Source: Octopus sinensis (Eukaryota). Taken from it: 43,633 nt of DNA. Where the stretch lies: the NCBI RefSeq assembly GCF_006345805.1, contig NW_021835013.1, forward strand, positions 1 through 43,633. The letters run 5' to 3'. Positions 25,366 to 36,861 of the stretch are shown here, piece after piece; positions within the stretch are counted from its first letter, which is position 1; the number at the start of each line of letters is the position of its first letter. The notes below the pieces were generated by a model. It was not told the DNA's origin, did no database searches, and saw only the letters and a list, made by a program, of their open reading frames with translations. The position numbers were made by a program, and so were the translations under genes.

Positions 25366-25598
25366 TATATTTCAACAACATTGAGGAACGGCCCCGATAA
25401 GCATTTGACCCACTGAAAAGAGCAGCCAAGACTCAAACCGCTAAATAGTAGTAATTCAGAAATTAAAGGAAAATTAAAAATACATTTACCATAGACCGCT
25501 GGTGGCAAACAATTTCTATTGAATATTTTACTACCCTCATATTGATTAATATATATATATATATATATGAAATTAAAGAATGGAGTAGATAAAATTTA

Positions 25599-25816
25599 GT
25601 ATACATATGTTCCATAGCTAACAGGAACTCGGAAGTAATAATTACCCAAACGAGGGGGCATTTTCCATCGTATCTCCTACGAGGTAACATGAAATCTCTT
25701 AGCGATAATGTAAACTTCTTTTGGTTAAGGTATCTTTGGCCCGACGAGTAGCTTATGGATTACCCTTCGTTTGGGTAATTACTACTTCCGAGATTCTGCT
25801 AGCTATGACACATACT
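25599..25816. mobile_element. MITE-like fold-back element
   Basis: Imperfect ~45-bp inverted repeat: catagctaacaggaactcggaagtaataattacccaaacgagggg (25613-25657) vs cccttcgtttgggtaattactacttccgagattctgctagctatg (25763-25807); non-coding ~105-bp spacer. TSD not resolved. Confidence 0.7.
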
Positions 25817-26262
25817 TAGACTAGAATTTATATACTTCCTTTCGTAATTTGGATTCTTATTCGCATACATAGCAACTCCAGCTGCCAACTATCAACTATA
25901 AAATAACTATTTTCAGCTCATCGAACATTTAGGGAAACATTTAGATCCTTCTACGTCAATAAATCGCTTTTGCTAATGAAAGTTGTGTTTTGTATCTTCA
26001 GCAGACTGCCCAATGCTTACTAACTGCCCATACCTAGATCCTTGGATCTTGTCTTTGCGTGTATATATATACATATATACTTATATATATAGACACGTAT
26101 ATATATATATATATATCTATATATATATATCTATATATGTATATATTAAATATATACATATGTATACTTACATATACATACCTATTTATGTATATAAGTA
26201 TATTATATGAATACATGCACATATATGTACATACAGAATTATATTTATATATATATGTACTC

Positions 26263-26295
<33 letters not shown>

Positions 26296-26471
26296 TATAG
26301 TATATATTATATATATATATTACAGATAGAGAGAGAGGGGAGAGAAGATGTATACATGCACATAAATGCAAAGTGAAATAAAATCGTTCAGAAATGTATT
26401 TACATGTAACCTTTTGGAGTCAATAAACCATCTTGCATATTTCACTCAGAAGAATATGTAAGTTTAGTTAC

Positions 26472-26567
26472 TTGGATTACTGAAAAATCGTATTTTCAAC
26501 TGAGCACTTTCTTCACAAGTCATTAAAGGCGAAAATAGGATTTCCACGACCAAAAATTTACATGGAA
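26472..26567 (-). CDS. Possible further exon of the minus-strand gene (V-PCKFLVVEILFSPLMTCEESAQLKIRFFSNP)
   Basis: Phase-compatible with 26841-26905 and has donor gtaact, but the acceptor lacks a pyrimidine tract. Confidence 0.3.
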
Positions 26568-26840
26568 CTATATTCTGATTACTTTTTACTTATTCACATA
26601 TTTATCGATGGGAATCGAAATTACTATATTTTTAGAAGTTCAACAGAAACTTAAACAATTTTCTATTTCTGCTAATGTAGTTTGAAAATTTATTCTTGGC
26701 TAATTTCAGATATGCTCCTCCATTATAGAACAACTTTACTTAGCAATTACTGTTAGGAAAATTCTTGGAGTGTTAGCATTTCTATAATGAAGAACATAAA
26801 TTTGGGAGCTGTAGCTAAAATAAATACTCTTTCAACTCAC

Positions 26841-26905
26841 CCTTTGCCGAAAATAATTTCCAAGTCCACTGATTACTTTTAGCTTCATTTGAAGTGTTAG
26901 AATTT
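26841..26905 (-). CDS. Internal exon of uncharacterised minus-strand gene (NSNTSNEAKSNQWTWKLFSAK)
   Basis: Acceptor ttttttgtctttag|, donor |gtgagt, 65 nt (1+63+1), phase matches the upstream exon. Confidence 0.6.
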
Positions 26906-27402
26906 CTAAAGACAAAAAACGTTTAAACCTAAGTAGATATTTGGCATTGAGCCAGTTTTTATCTTGTGTATCGGCAAATATGAGAGAAATATTGCATCGA
27001 TTTTCAATATTTTGCAAGTAGATGGAATGAACAACGTTATAAGCTTATAGTTCGCGGTCATGGCGCAGCAATTGCCATCGCTAGTTTCGCTACAGGGAAT
27101 TTATTAGAAATCTTTAAGTGTCTTGCTCTATTTCATATTTAGTACAGATATAATTTTTTTTGCTAGGACGTTCAGTTTGGAACTACCGTGATTCTAATTC
27201 AATTACTGTGTGTAGCACCTTTGGAAACGTCTTCTTTCATAGCCTCGATCACACAAAAAAAAACTTGCAAGGCAAAAATTTTGTATATGTGAAATGCTAT
27301 GTGAAAGCTCATCAGAGAGATTATAGTTATTATTAGGTGCTCGATTTAAAATTACCATATATCACTTAGGTAATATCTCCAATATGAATTTATCTTACTA
27401 AC

Positions 27403-27462
27403 TTCTTCCAAACACCCACAAGGACTCTGGGAAAGAAATAGTTCTTCCGTTTCTCAGATGTC
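27403..27462 (-). CDS. Internal exon (TSEKRKNYFFPRVLVGVWK)
   Basis: Acceptor ttttttgtgctacag|, donor |gttagt, 60 nt (1+57+2), phases match both neighbours. Confidence 0.6.
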
Positions 27463-27759
27463 CTGTAGCACAAAAAATATAACAGAATGTGCTTCGAAGT
27501 CTAATACATCCCGTTTCCGGTAAGTGAGCTTTCCGCAAATAAGAACTTCTTGAAATTCTAACACATGAAAATGAAAGAATTATTGTATTCGTGTGTATCC
27601 TCAGTATGATACTCATTGTAATGATGTAGTGTGATAAACATAGTAATAATCTAGGAAGTAGTGGAGATAGATACTACGTGGTTCTTGGTAACATTGGTTC
27701 TTTCAGTAGACGAGACAGAAGAAAATGAAACTACGTAACGCATTTAATGTAGTACTCAC

Positions 27760-27857
27760 CTATAGCAATACTTCCCACGCATTTTAAATTTCACTGATAT
27801 TTTATCAAAAAAATGGATATCGATAAAAACACGTCTCTCCAATTTCATAAAGCTGGC
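27760..27857 (-). CDS. Internal exon with one extra T in a T7 run (G-QLYEIGETCFYRYPFFDKISVKFKMRGKYCY-R after correction)
   Basis: Acceptor tttccgttacag|, donor |gtgagt; 98 nt where 97 restores both frame and phase. Confidence 0.55.
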
Positions 27858-29107
27858 CTGTAACGGAAACGCATTCTACCGTGACCGCTTTTGATTTTCA
27901 GTCACTGTGTTCAGAAGCATTTAATGCTATGACTATTATTTTTTTTTTAATGAAGGTAATGGTGATTATTTCATGATTATTTATAGTATGTCGATGACCA
28001 CACACATGTTTCTTCGAAATGTCTAGTTGTTCTTGTCGTTTTTATTGCACAGTTACAAGTATTTAAATGACATCTAATCACTATGCGGTTGAAAACGACT
28101 TCAATTATGCAAAATAAGAAAATAAAATTGTCATGAAAGTCTTTAATATAAATGTCTGCAGAATTACTTGGGCCTGGCTGTAACTTAAGACATCCTTTAA
28201 AAATTTTTACGATTGGACATAAAAATTAATGACTGTATTGCATCATCTTTCTCTTCCCTGACAATCTATAGAATTAGTTAAAGCAACTATAAAGGTTATT
28301 TTGTATTATTTTTTTTAATTATTTTATTGTACTTTCAATTTCTTATAATTATGAATTCAAAAATTTGTTTTATTTGAGAAACATTTTAATTTATCCTGCT
28401 TTCAATTTCTCACTTTTCCTCTGGAATCTCTCGCAAAGAACTCATTAAGAATGATGAAATTTTGAATATATCAAATAAAATGAGGTCGATTTTCAATTTT
28501 CCATTAGCGGTTACAATAAATAGATTTTTCCAACCATTTTAGAAATCGATATCTACTTCTGGTGTGCATAATATTTATTCATTCGCACCGACTCCAATTA
28601 TTTCTCCAACAGTCAAATCATACAAAAGAGGCTACATGAATTTACGATGAGACGTCTTTTACAATAAACTACAATTCTATATAAAATGTCTTCATTGTAC
28701 ACAAGGATGATATGTTCACGCACTTTTATCCATATTGAAAAGAAAACACACAAACAAAAACAAACAAGATTTCAATTGAAGTTAATTGTAAGAGCAGACA
28801 TAATGTATATATATATATATATATAATATATATATATATATATAATATATATATATATAACATATGTATGTGGTAGTGTGTGTATGAGTGTGTGTATGTG
28901 TAGAATCCGTGTGTGTGCTTGGTCTGTGTGCCATAACAAAGAGCTCACTCCTTATAGAAAGCTCATTATACATCTGATAAGCTTTTTCAGAAAATAACTA
29001 TATTTGACCCACCCTTATATTCTCTCTGTTTACATCTGTCCCCTCTCTCTTTCTCTCTCTCTCTCTATGAATTTGTCTGTCTGTCGTCTGTCTCCCTATG
29101 TATATAA

Positions 29108-29174
<67 letters not shown>

Positions 29175-29266
29175 TGTGCGTGTATGTATGTATGTATGTA
29201 TATATATATATATAAACATATAATTATATATATGTGTGTATGCATATATATATGTATTTGTATGAA

Positions 29267-29305
<39 letters not shown>

Positions 29306-30708
29306 ATATAATATATATATATAATACATATACTTAAATCTGTATATATATATATAATTTTATTGCATGTAACATTACTGAGTTACTTTAAGTTCTGCAT
29401 CGAAAAAACAGAAATGAAAGAAAAGATAATAAGCAAGAGATAATTATGACAGCAATAAACAAACATTCACGCTGTGAATGGTTGTGAATGTAATAAAAAT
29501 GAAAGTTCGCTTTCGGCCGAAAGAAATGTGTTTAAGATGTGAATCTGAAGAATAATATTTACTTTTTTCATCATTAATTTTATTAATAATCGATTTGAAT
29601 TTTGTAAATGTGTGTAATTTCGTTAATAAATGTAGTCGCTGCTCCTTTTGCGGTTTCGTTAATTAGATAATTATCTATATTCGTGTTATATGAGGAGATA
29701 TTTCAGATATAAGTTTTGTTGTTGTGCTTCTCTTTCCTTTCCAGCAACTATAGATAAACTTAGAAATATTTTATTGAAATATATCACAGTAACCATTATT
29801 TCTCTGGTTGTTAATAGTCCTACGAAAACGCTTAATTACGAAGCGAGAAATTGACTGTGGGCTTATTAAAATCAAAGTCAACTTCTCTCTTAATATAGCT
29901 AAACGATGAAAAGCATATAGAAAATGAAATATCAACAATGGTCGTGTAAGAATGAATTATCTTAATATAACAATATGAAAGATTTCAGAATATAATTTAT
30001 CAAACATTTTGAGATTATGTTTAATGTTTAAGAAAACTTATCAAAATATTGTATGAAACATTGAATGATTTAGGAAATATTTTTGAAGACCATTTGCATT
30101 ATGATAAATCAGAAAATCAGAAACAAGAATACGTTATAAAACGAAACAAATATGAATATTGATAAATGTAAGTGTTACATCACGGAGTGATTTAAATATG
30201 CATAAAACTTGTTTAAAATATCTACACTATTTCTTTCCAGAGTTTCGATCGGAAAATAGGATGTATGAAAATGATAATTCCTCAGCTCAATAAAAGAAAG
30301 TTGAACATTGTCATTAACGCTTCAAGTAATATATATCCTGATTGGAATGTCTTAATCTTCACGGCAATTGTTTCCGCTATTTAGTGTAAACTTTGGAAAT
30401 TATCCGCAGTAATGTAATCATAGATATAAATATATTAAAGCGCAAAAGAAATGTAAACTTACACACATGAACACAGACACATCAACACATACCACCTTAT
30501 GCACATTATATATCGTATTTTACATATATATGTATATATGCGTGTGCGTATGTGTGTATGCATATGTGTATATACCTATATGTACATGCTTGTATGTATT
30601 TATGTATGTGTGTGCATGTAGGTATAAACACATATGTATATATACACAGATGTACACACGTATGTATAAACAAACGTATATATACACACATATACATGTA
30701 GGAGTTTA

Positions 30709-30764
<56 letters not shown>

Positions 30765-31052
30765 ATGTGTGTGTTTGTGTGTATGTGTGTGTGTATGAAT
30801 GTGTCTGTGTGTGTGCGCGCTTTTGTGTGAGTACATGCGTCAGTGCTATGTATATATATACGGAAATGTTTTTAGTGTACAATATCAATAAGACATTTAA
30901 CTTTCGGACATTTAGTGTTATATAAAAGGATTGTTCAAGCAATGACATTTATTTTGTGAAAATAAGCTTTAGATTGAGAAAATATTAAAAAACACATGAA
31001 GATGCAAACGTCTCCTAACATTTAATCGGTCGAGATTTAACAGTTCACTCAC

Positions 31053-31229
31053 CGCACGTATTGGTTGCAAGTAGCTTGTCGCCAGTAAGGCGAGGAATGG
31101 TAGAGTCGTTACAGTGACGGACAAAAAGTCGTGCAGTACTTAGTTCAATCTCTTCGGATTCAAATATGGAAGGCATAGGTTCTGCATTTCCAGTTTCAAT
31201 ATAAATTTCATCGAATGTTACTGCTGACT
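31053..31229 (-). CDS. Internal exon (SAVTFDEIYIETGNAEPMPSIFESEEIELSTARLFVRHCNDSTIPRLTGDKLLATNTC)
   Basis: Acceptor catacttcag|, donor |gtgagt, 177 nt open; its phase-1 end joins 27857 as Gly. The 5' boundary is uncertain and may run on from 31242-31556. Confidence 0.6.
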
Positions 31230-31241
31230 CTGAAGTATGAT

Positions 31242-31556
31242 TTAGGAAACCTTAGCGGCTGATAAGCGTGAAATAATCCCCAGGTTCTTTGTACTGACTG
31301 ATCTGTACGTGGCTGTATATACGTTCGACCACTGTGTTCCTACGGTGACGAACAATAGGGCATTACTAATTCTAAAATGTAAAAGTTGTTTGAGCACATC
31401 AAGGATATTGTTAAAATGTAGGTAATCCGTTATCAGGAGCAGCCATATTGGTTTCATGATTTTCGGATCGTTGCCACAGCTAATCGTAGTATATTCTAAC
31501 AAAAGTCCAAAGTGAGGTTTGGCATTTTCAATATCAATATTCTGTAAGCCGAACCA
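31242..31556 (-). CDS. Candidate coding segment (WFGLQNIDIENAKPHFGLLLEYTTISCGNDPK...RLSAAKVS)
   Basis: About 105 open codons, same frame as 31731-31820; one added T in gtttcc would fuse it to the SAVTF frame (..AKVFLNHTSESAVTF). Splice acceptor is weak. Confidence 0.3.
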   Translation of the reverse strand, partial: WFGLQNIDIENAKPHFGLLLEYTTISCGNDPKIMKPIWLLLITDYLHFNNILDVLKQLLHFRISNALLFVTVGTQWSNVYTATYRSVSTKNLGIISRLSAAKVS

Positions 31557-31730
31557 CTGTTAATGCCCTTTGGATAGATTACACTTTACCTTCTGACTAT
31601 ATCTCTTGAGCTAGTTTGCTCATCAATGTATTGTAGTGCTATACATGTATTGTGAGACATTCCGATCAGCTTCCAGCCTAAGGATAGTGTGTCTTTCTCG
31701 TAAATCTCGAATATGCTGATGGAGACATAC

Positions 31731-31820
31731 CTCGGTCGTATAAATAATCTTACTGGTGTAAGACAATAACAAATGACTAAGAGTAGCCAGCAATGTGAGG
31801 ACGTCAGGTAAAATACTCAT
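31731..31820 (-). CDS. Candidate first coding exon with signal-peptide-like N-terminus (MSILPDVLTLLATLSHLLLSYTSKIIYTTE)
   Basis: ATG at 31820, hydrophobic core, strong donor gag|gtatgt at 31730. An alternative model uses only a 22-nt exon (31752-31731). Confidence 0.4.
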
Positions 31821-32254
31821 TTGGAATCATGCTTTTTGTCTTGATCAGTGGTTTCAAGTAGGTTAGCACACATCAATAGAAACTGAACACATGAAAGAGA
31901 AAAAGTAAAATCTAATCAATCATTCCGAAAGTATCAAATACAACGTCTCGAAAAAAACCCAGTGAAAAAGCAAATGTTTGGAGAGCCTTTAAGTAGTCGC
32001 ACAGTCTGCTAAAAATTATACTCCAGCTCTCCCGCCTATTACATTATATCACTTTACAAGCGCACGACTGTTATTAGGTTATGTTGAACAAGATAGCCAT
32101 AAAAGCAGACGATAGTCATGTCTGGAAGGAGTTTTATTTTTTTATCTCATAGTTCTCCAGGGTAACTGCTAACATGCAGTTGAACTACAGCAATAAAATA
32201 TTTATTTAAGCAATTGAACTATCTCAGTAGAAAGTGAAGAACTACATTCCTTAC

Positions 32255-32300
32255 ATTACATATTTCCGTTTGGCGGCGCCATTGTTGTTTACCCCGCTGT
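32255..32300. promoter_or_regulatory. Candidate TSS region with ETS-like TTTCCG and YY1-like GCCATTGTT motifs
   Basis: Small GC/CpG-rich patch tttccgtttggcggcgccattgttg in AT-rich DNA, about 450 bp upstream of the minus-strand ATG. Confidence 0.35.
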
Positions 32301-32933
32301 GTTTGACTTTTTATTTTAATTATGCGAAGTCGATAATATAAATAAGATTTTGTAATCATATGGCTTCATTTGGAGTCAGAATGTTTACCAAGAAATGTGC
32401 GTAATTTCGTCAGAAAAAAGTCTGTTGTTCATTTTACTGGTTTGTCTTTGACATTTTTACGAATTAGAGCCGCATGGCTACGAGATTTGTCTACAACGAC
32501 GTGGTTTCACGTGTTACGATTTTGATTCAATTGTATGGTACCTTCGAAAGTGAATTAATTCGAGTTGAGAATAAATATGCTGAGAATAAAGTAATGTTGA
32601 AAGGAGTCTCATCATAAATACACAACAAAACACACACAAACACGTACATATTTTAGATAGATAGATACGTATTTATTCAAAGAGGGAGAGAGAGAGGGAG
32701 AGCTGGAGGATGTAGATTCTGCTTTTAAGCACGTGGTAATTTTTCAACGACCTAAATATAGCTTTTATTAAACATGCGTATGTATTTTTACGATATACCC
32801 ACACAATCGCTGTTCCAATTCTTTAGTTCTCGCACACAAGTATACATACATGCATGCATAACATACACAAACCATACATACACACACATATATATATATT
32901 ATATATATTATATTACATATAAATATATATATA

Positions 32934-32974
<41 letters not shown>

Positions 32975-33062
32975 TATATATATTATATATATATATATAT
33001 ATCGTTATACACCCACACACACATAATATATATATATATATATATATACATATAAATATATA

Positions 33063-33121
<59 letters not shown>

Positions 33122-33131
33122 TATATATATT

Positions 33132-33174
<43 letters not shown>

Positions 33175-33610
33175 ATATCGGTATACACAGACACATACAT
33201 ATATATGTACAAATAAATACATATACATATACACACACACACACGTATATATATATAAGTGAAGTCTAAATAATGCTCATTTCTCAACCATTGTGCTATG
33301 CCTTATACATCAGTGTTTGCATGTGTATTTTATTCACCTCTCCTGAAATCTACTCTTCATAAATACTATAGGCAGTATTTTTGATATGAACTACACGTCT
33401 GAATAGCTAAGTGAGGATTTCTTTTCTCAGTTGGGACTTACTACTACTTAATATTGGAATACCTAGGGATTGGTCACAGTTTAATTACTGAAACCAGGAC
33501 CAGCGCAAAGAAATAAAACGTGGATTGGCTTTTCGACTATATTAGAGCCACGGTGACAATTGTATATATTGCTGAATTAGAAAGAAGCAGATAGTTATAA
33601 GGTATTATAA

Positions 33611-33841
33611 GGCGGCGAGCTGGCAGAAACATTATCACGCCGGGCGAAATGCTTAGCTGTATTTCGTCTGCCGCTACGTTCTGAGTTCAAATACCGCCGG
33701 GGTCGACTTTGCCTTTCATCCTTTCGGGGTCGATAAATTAAGTAGCAGTTACACACTGGGGTCGATGTAATCGACTTAATCCCTTTGTCTCTCCTTATTT
33801 GTCCTCTCTGTGTTTAGCCCCTTGTGGGTAATAAAGAAATA
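33611..33841 (+). mobile_element. Full-length tRNA-derived SINE family A
   Basis: A-box-like TGGCAGAAAC, B-box GAGTTCAAATACC, full body and tail aataaagaaata; possible TSD gtattata. Confidence 0.9.
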
Positions 33842-33939
33842 TGTATTATATTATAATATAAACCTAGGTTAGACATGTTTATTGAATCCACATAGAATGT
33901 AGTTACAGAGTGAAAACCCAGAACATATATATCTTTATT

Positions 33940-34308
33940 TTTTCTCGTTGTTTACGTATTTCATATTATTTGTACTGTTGGTGACGTCCTGTACACATAT
34001 ATAAATGTGCATATATATATATATTTATTACTTATTACTTTATTCGACTCGTCGCATCCATTTCCATTAAGTTTAACATCACCTTTTTGTGACAATCTCT
34101 ACTCTATACTGTTTTCTTCTTCCATTCTTCTATAATTCCCTTTTTTACCCCTCCCTCCTTCACTGGTTTCTGTCTGTCTCTCACTATCTTCCCATTTTTC
34201 TCGTTTTTCTCTCTCTCCTTGCTCACAACTGACCTTCGTCCATCTTTTCCTCGCATGACCAGCTTTCTTTCCTGCACGGACATTTAAAAGAGCGAACGTG
34301 TTTTTTTT

Positions 34309-34341
<33 letters not shown>

Positions 34342-34690
34342 TCTTTTATCATTATTTTCCTCTCTTTCTGGTCTAACGACCCTCACTGTGTATTTTCATT
34401 CAGTTTCCTTGTATCTCTCCACTGTAATTTTTTTGTTTCCAACTTTCATCGTCTATGAATCCTGAATTTTACTTTAGAATTTATGGGAGGAACTCTCTTT
34501 GAAGACTCATATTGTCGTTGAATGCTCGAAATGAAGAGTAGATAGACAGCTCACAAGTGATTAAGGGTCCTTTCTCTCAGTTTACTTGACCTGTTTCCTT
34601 TTTTCCTAGTTGTTTACGTATTTCATTCGTTTTCCCCCCGTTACTTTACATATTTAATGTTATCTGCACCATTGGTAACGTCCTTATATA
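33940..34690 (+). mobile_element. Non-coding repeat with partial terminal direct repeats (possible PLE-derived element)
   Basis: ttgtttacgtatttcat at ~33948 and ~34610; tggtgacgtcct and tggtaacgtcct follow each copy; pyrimidine-rich interior; faint hammerhead-like remnant at ~34492-34539. Confidence 0.4.
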
Positions 34691-34705
34691 TATATATATT
34701 ATATA

Positions 34706-34738
<33 letters not shown>

Positions 34739-35039
34739 ACACAGAAATTTACAGAACAAAGACGGACACAGGTGTATAAGAAAGAATTATATATAATATA
34801 TATATATCCACTAACATAGATTTATTAGTCTTTTTTAGTTAAATGCATCTGCTATGTCTTTATTTCTGGAGTGTAAATACCATATAAATCGGTTGGTAGA
34901 TTGATAAAGCTATTTTGGAAAAAATATACTGAAACCTAATATTTTCTCTGAAGCCGCGCACATAGAATCGTGTGTGACATGCGATGCACAAAATATATGA
35001 GCATGTGTCATATACCAGATTTATCTTAAATAATATTAA

Positions 35040-35270
35040 CGTCTACCTGACCTCGTGAGTATCGCTGGCGATTTTTTTCCTCTGTCTTCCCTTCTCGGGA
35101 TCTTTCCTTCTCCTATGTTTCCGACGAAGAGCTCCGCTCGAAACGTTAAACCCTCCTCTTCCCTTCTTTCCTGAGCGTCCAATAATACTTTATTTGTTCC
35201 ACGTCTTCACGTTGTTGTGTGTGTTTTTTTGATTTTTGTTTGTCTTTTCTTGTTTGGATTGACTATATAT
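35040..35270 (+). mobile_element. Short hammerhead-bearing repeat (PLE pLTR-like), copy 1
   Basis: Collinear with 36862-37080; followed by (TA)n. Confidence 0.7.
35117..35151 (+). ncRNA. Minimal type I hammerhead ribozyme motif (U4C variant)
   Basis: GTTT-CCGACGA-A-GAGC-TCC-GCTC-GAAAC-GTT-AAAC: stem I GTTT/AAAC, stem II GAGC/GCTC, loop-less palindromic stem III ACGT. Confidence 0.65.
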
Positions 35271-35539
35271 ATATAGTAGAAATATGTTACGAAAAGAAAA
35301 TATAAAATGCACGTGGAAATGTAAGGGTATAATATGAAAAATCAACGAAAAAGCATATTGCAAATAGAAAAAGGCTATTTATGACGGTAGTGACAAATAT
35401 ATACATTTAGATTGTCTGAGGTAGTAATACGAGTCATAAGGTCTTGTTATGAGATGATTATCAGATGATAATAAAGTAAGAGACAAACGAAGCAAGTTTA
35501 CGCGAAGCTATTCTCGTTTCATATATATTCATATATATA

Positions 35540-35596
<57 letters not shown>

Positions 35597-36861
35597 TATA
35601 CTATTCTATGCTTGTTTCTGTCATTTGACTGCGGCCTTGCTAGGTCACCACCTTATATATGGAGAAAGAGAGAATAATTATCATTATAGAAGCTGACATT
35701 TTCATCATCGTCACCATAGTCAACGTTATCATCTTCACCATCATCACCCATCATCATCATTTTGTCCTAATCTCCATTCGTTATATTTCCTTTTTCATCT
35801 TCCTTTCGTTCGTTATTTTACTTATGTAGCTTCTTTTGAATTCTTTTCCCTCTTGCTGATACATTATAAACTTGCCTACGCCCGTATTCTACAAACGCTA
35901 ACGAAGTTATGTACGAGGTAACCAAATGGCAATCAATAGAGAGATATGTAGGTAAACAAGCTTTATATTTACGACAATAGCTTGAGAAACGTGAACGAGA
36001 ACATCCGAGTTATAGATACACTGGCCCACTTTGATAAAAAGATGTAAGTTAGTATGTGTGTGTGTGTCAAATTGTGAATCTGTGTGTTTATATGTCCAAG
36101 TCTATACAAGAATATACGACATTATTTTGCGTGATTTTGTGCAACTAGGTTACCTCTGTCTCCCTACCTAAATAAATAAGGATAGCCACATCTCACTCAT
36201 TCATCATACATACAATACGAATCAATGTCACTTAGTACCAGATTGTTTTCAGAATTATTACCACAATATCAATTCTTGTTTATCACAAAATGATTACAAT
36301 CACGGGGTTAATGATTGTAAAAACTCATCAAAGTCATACACACCTTTTTTATGATCCACTAAAATCTTAAATGTTTGTCTCAACTGAGAATTAACTGGTG
36401 GTGACAGTATAAATATTGTTTAATTAAAACATAAAAGGAATTTTGTTAGAAACCAATTTACTGTCAATTAAATGAACAAAGTATGATGTTTATAATTATT
36501 TCAAATGACGTAAATGCTGATACAATCAGCAGCTTGTCAAAATATCTCACAAATTCATTGATAAATTAATGGCCATAGCTGTTAGCATGTTCAATTCTCA
36601 GTTATGCGGAAACGATTTTATTTCTTGATGTCAAAAACTAGTTTCTTAGTAAAATGTTATATTTGGAAAACGTGTACCTTTAAGATTTGCCAATCCTTTG
36701 AATCAATCTGTGGATGACATAAATCTACTCCTCTGATAAGGACAGAGATCTTGAATACTGTATTGGTGCGCTCCTCCCTTATACTAGCTTCTATCTATCC
36801 CTTTATCTATTTGTCTATCTATCAATCAACTTCCCTCTCTCTATCTCATATATATATGTGT

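Noticed and set aside
28613-29860. Isolated strong plus-strand acceptors at ~28612 and ~29743
   Set aside because: Only short open frames follow and no linked exons were found; polypyrimidine-AG occurs often by chance here.
31623-31820. The ORF as a GIY-YIG endonuclease fragment
   Set aside because: No GIY/YIG residues; a strong splice donor at 31730 and a signal-like N-terminus fit an exon better.
33611-33700. tRNA gene calls for the SINE heads (here and in other copies)
   Set aside because: A/B boxes are present but no cloverleaf can be drawn, and each continues into a shared SINE body.
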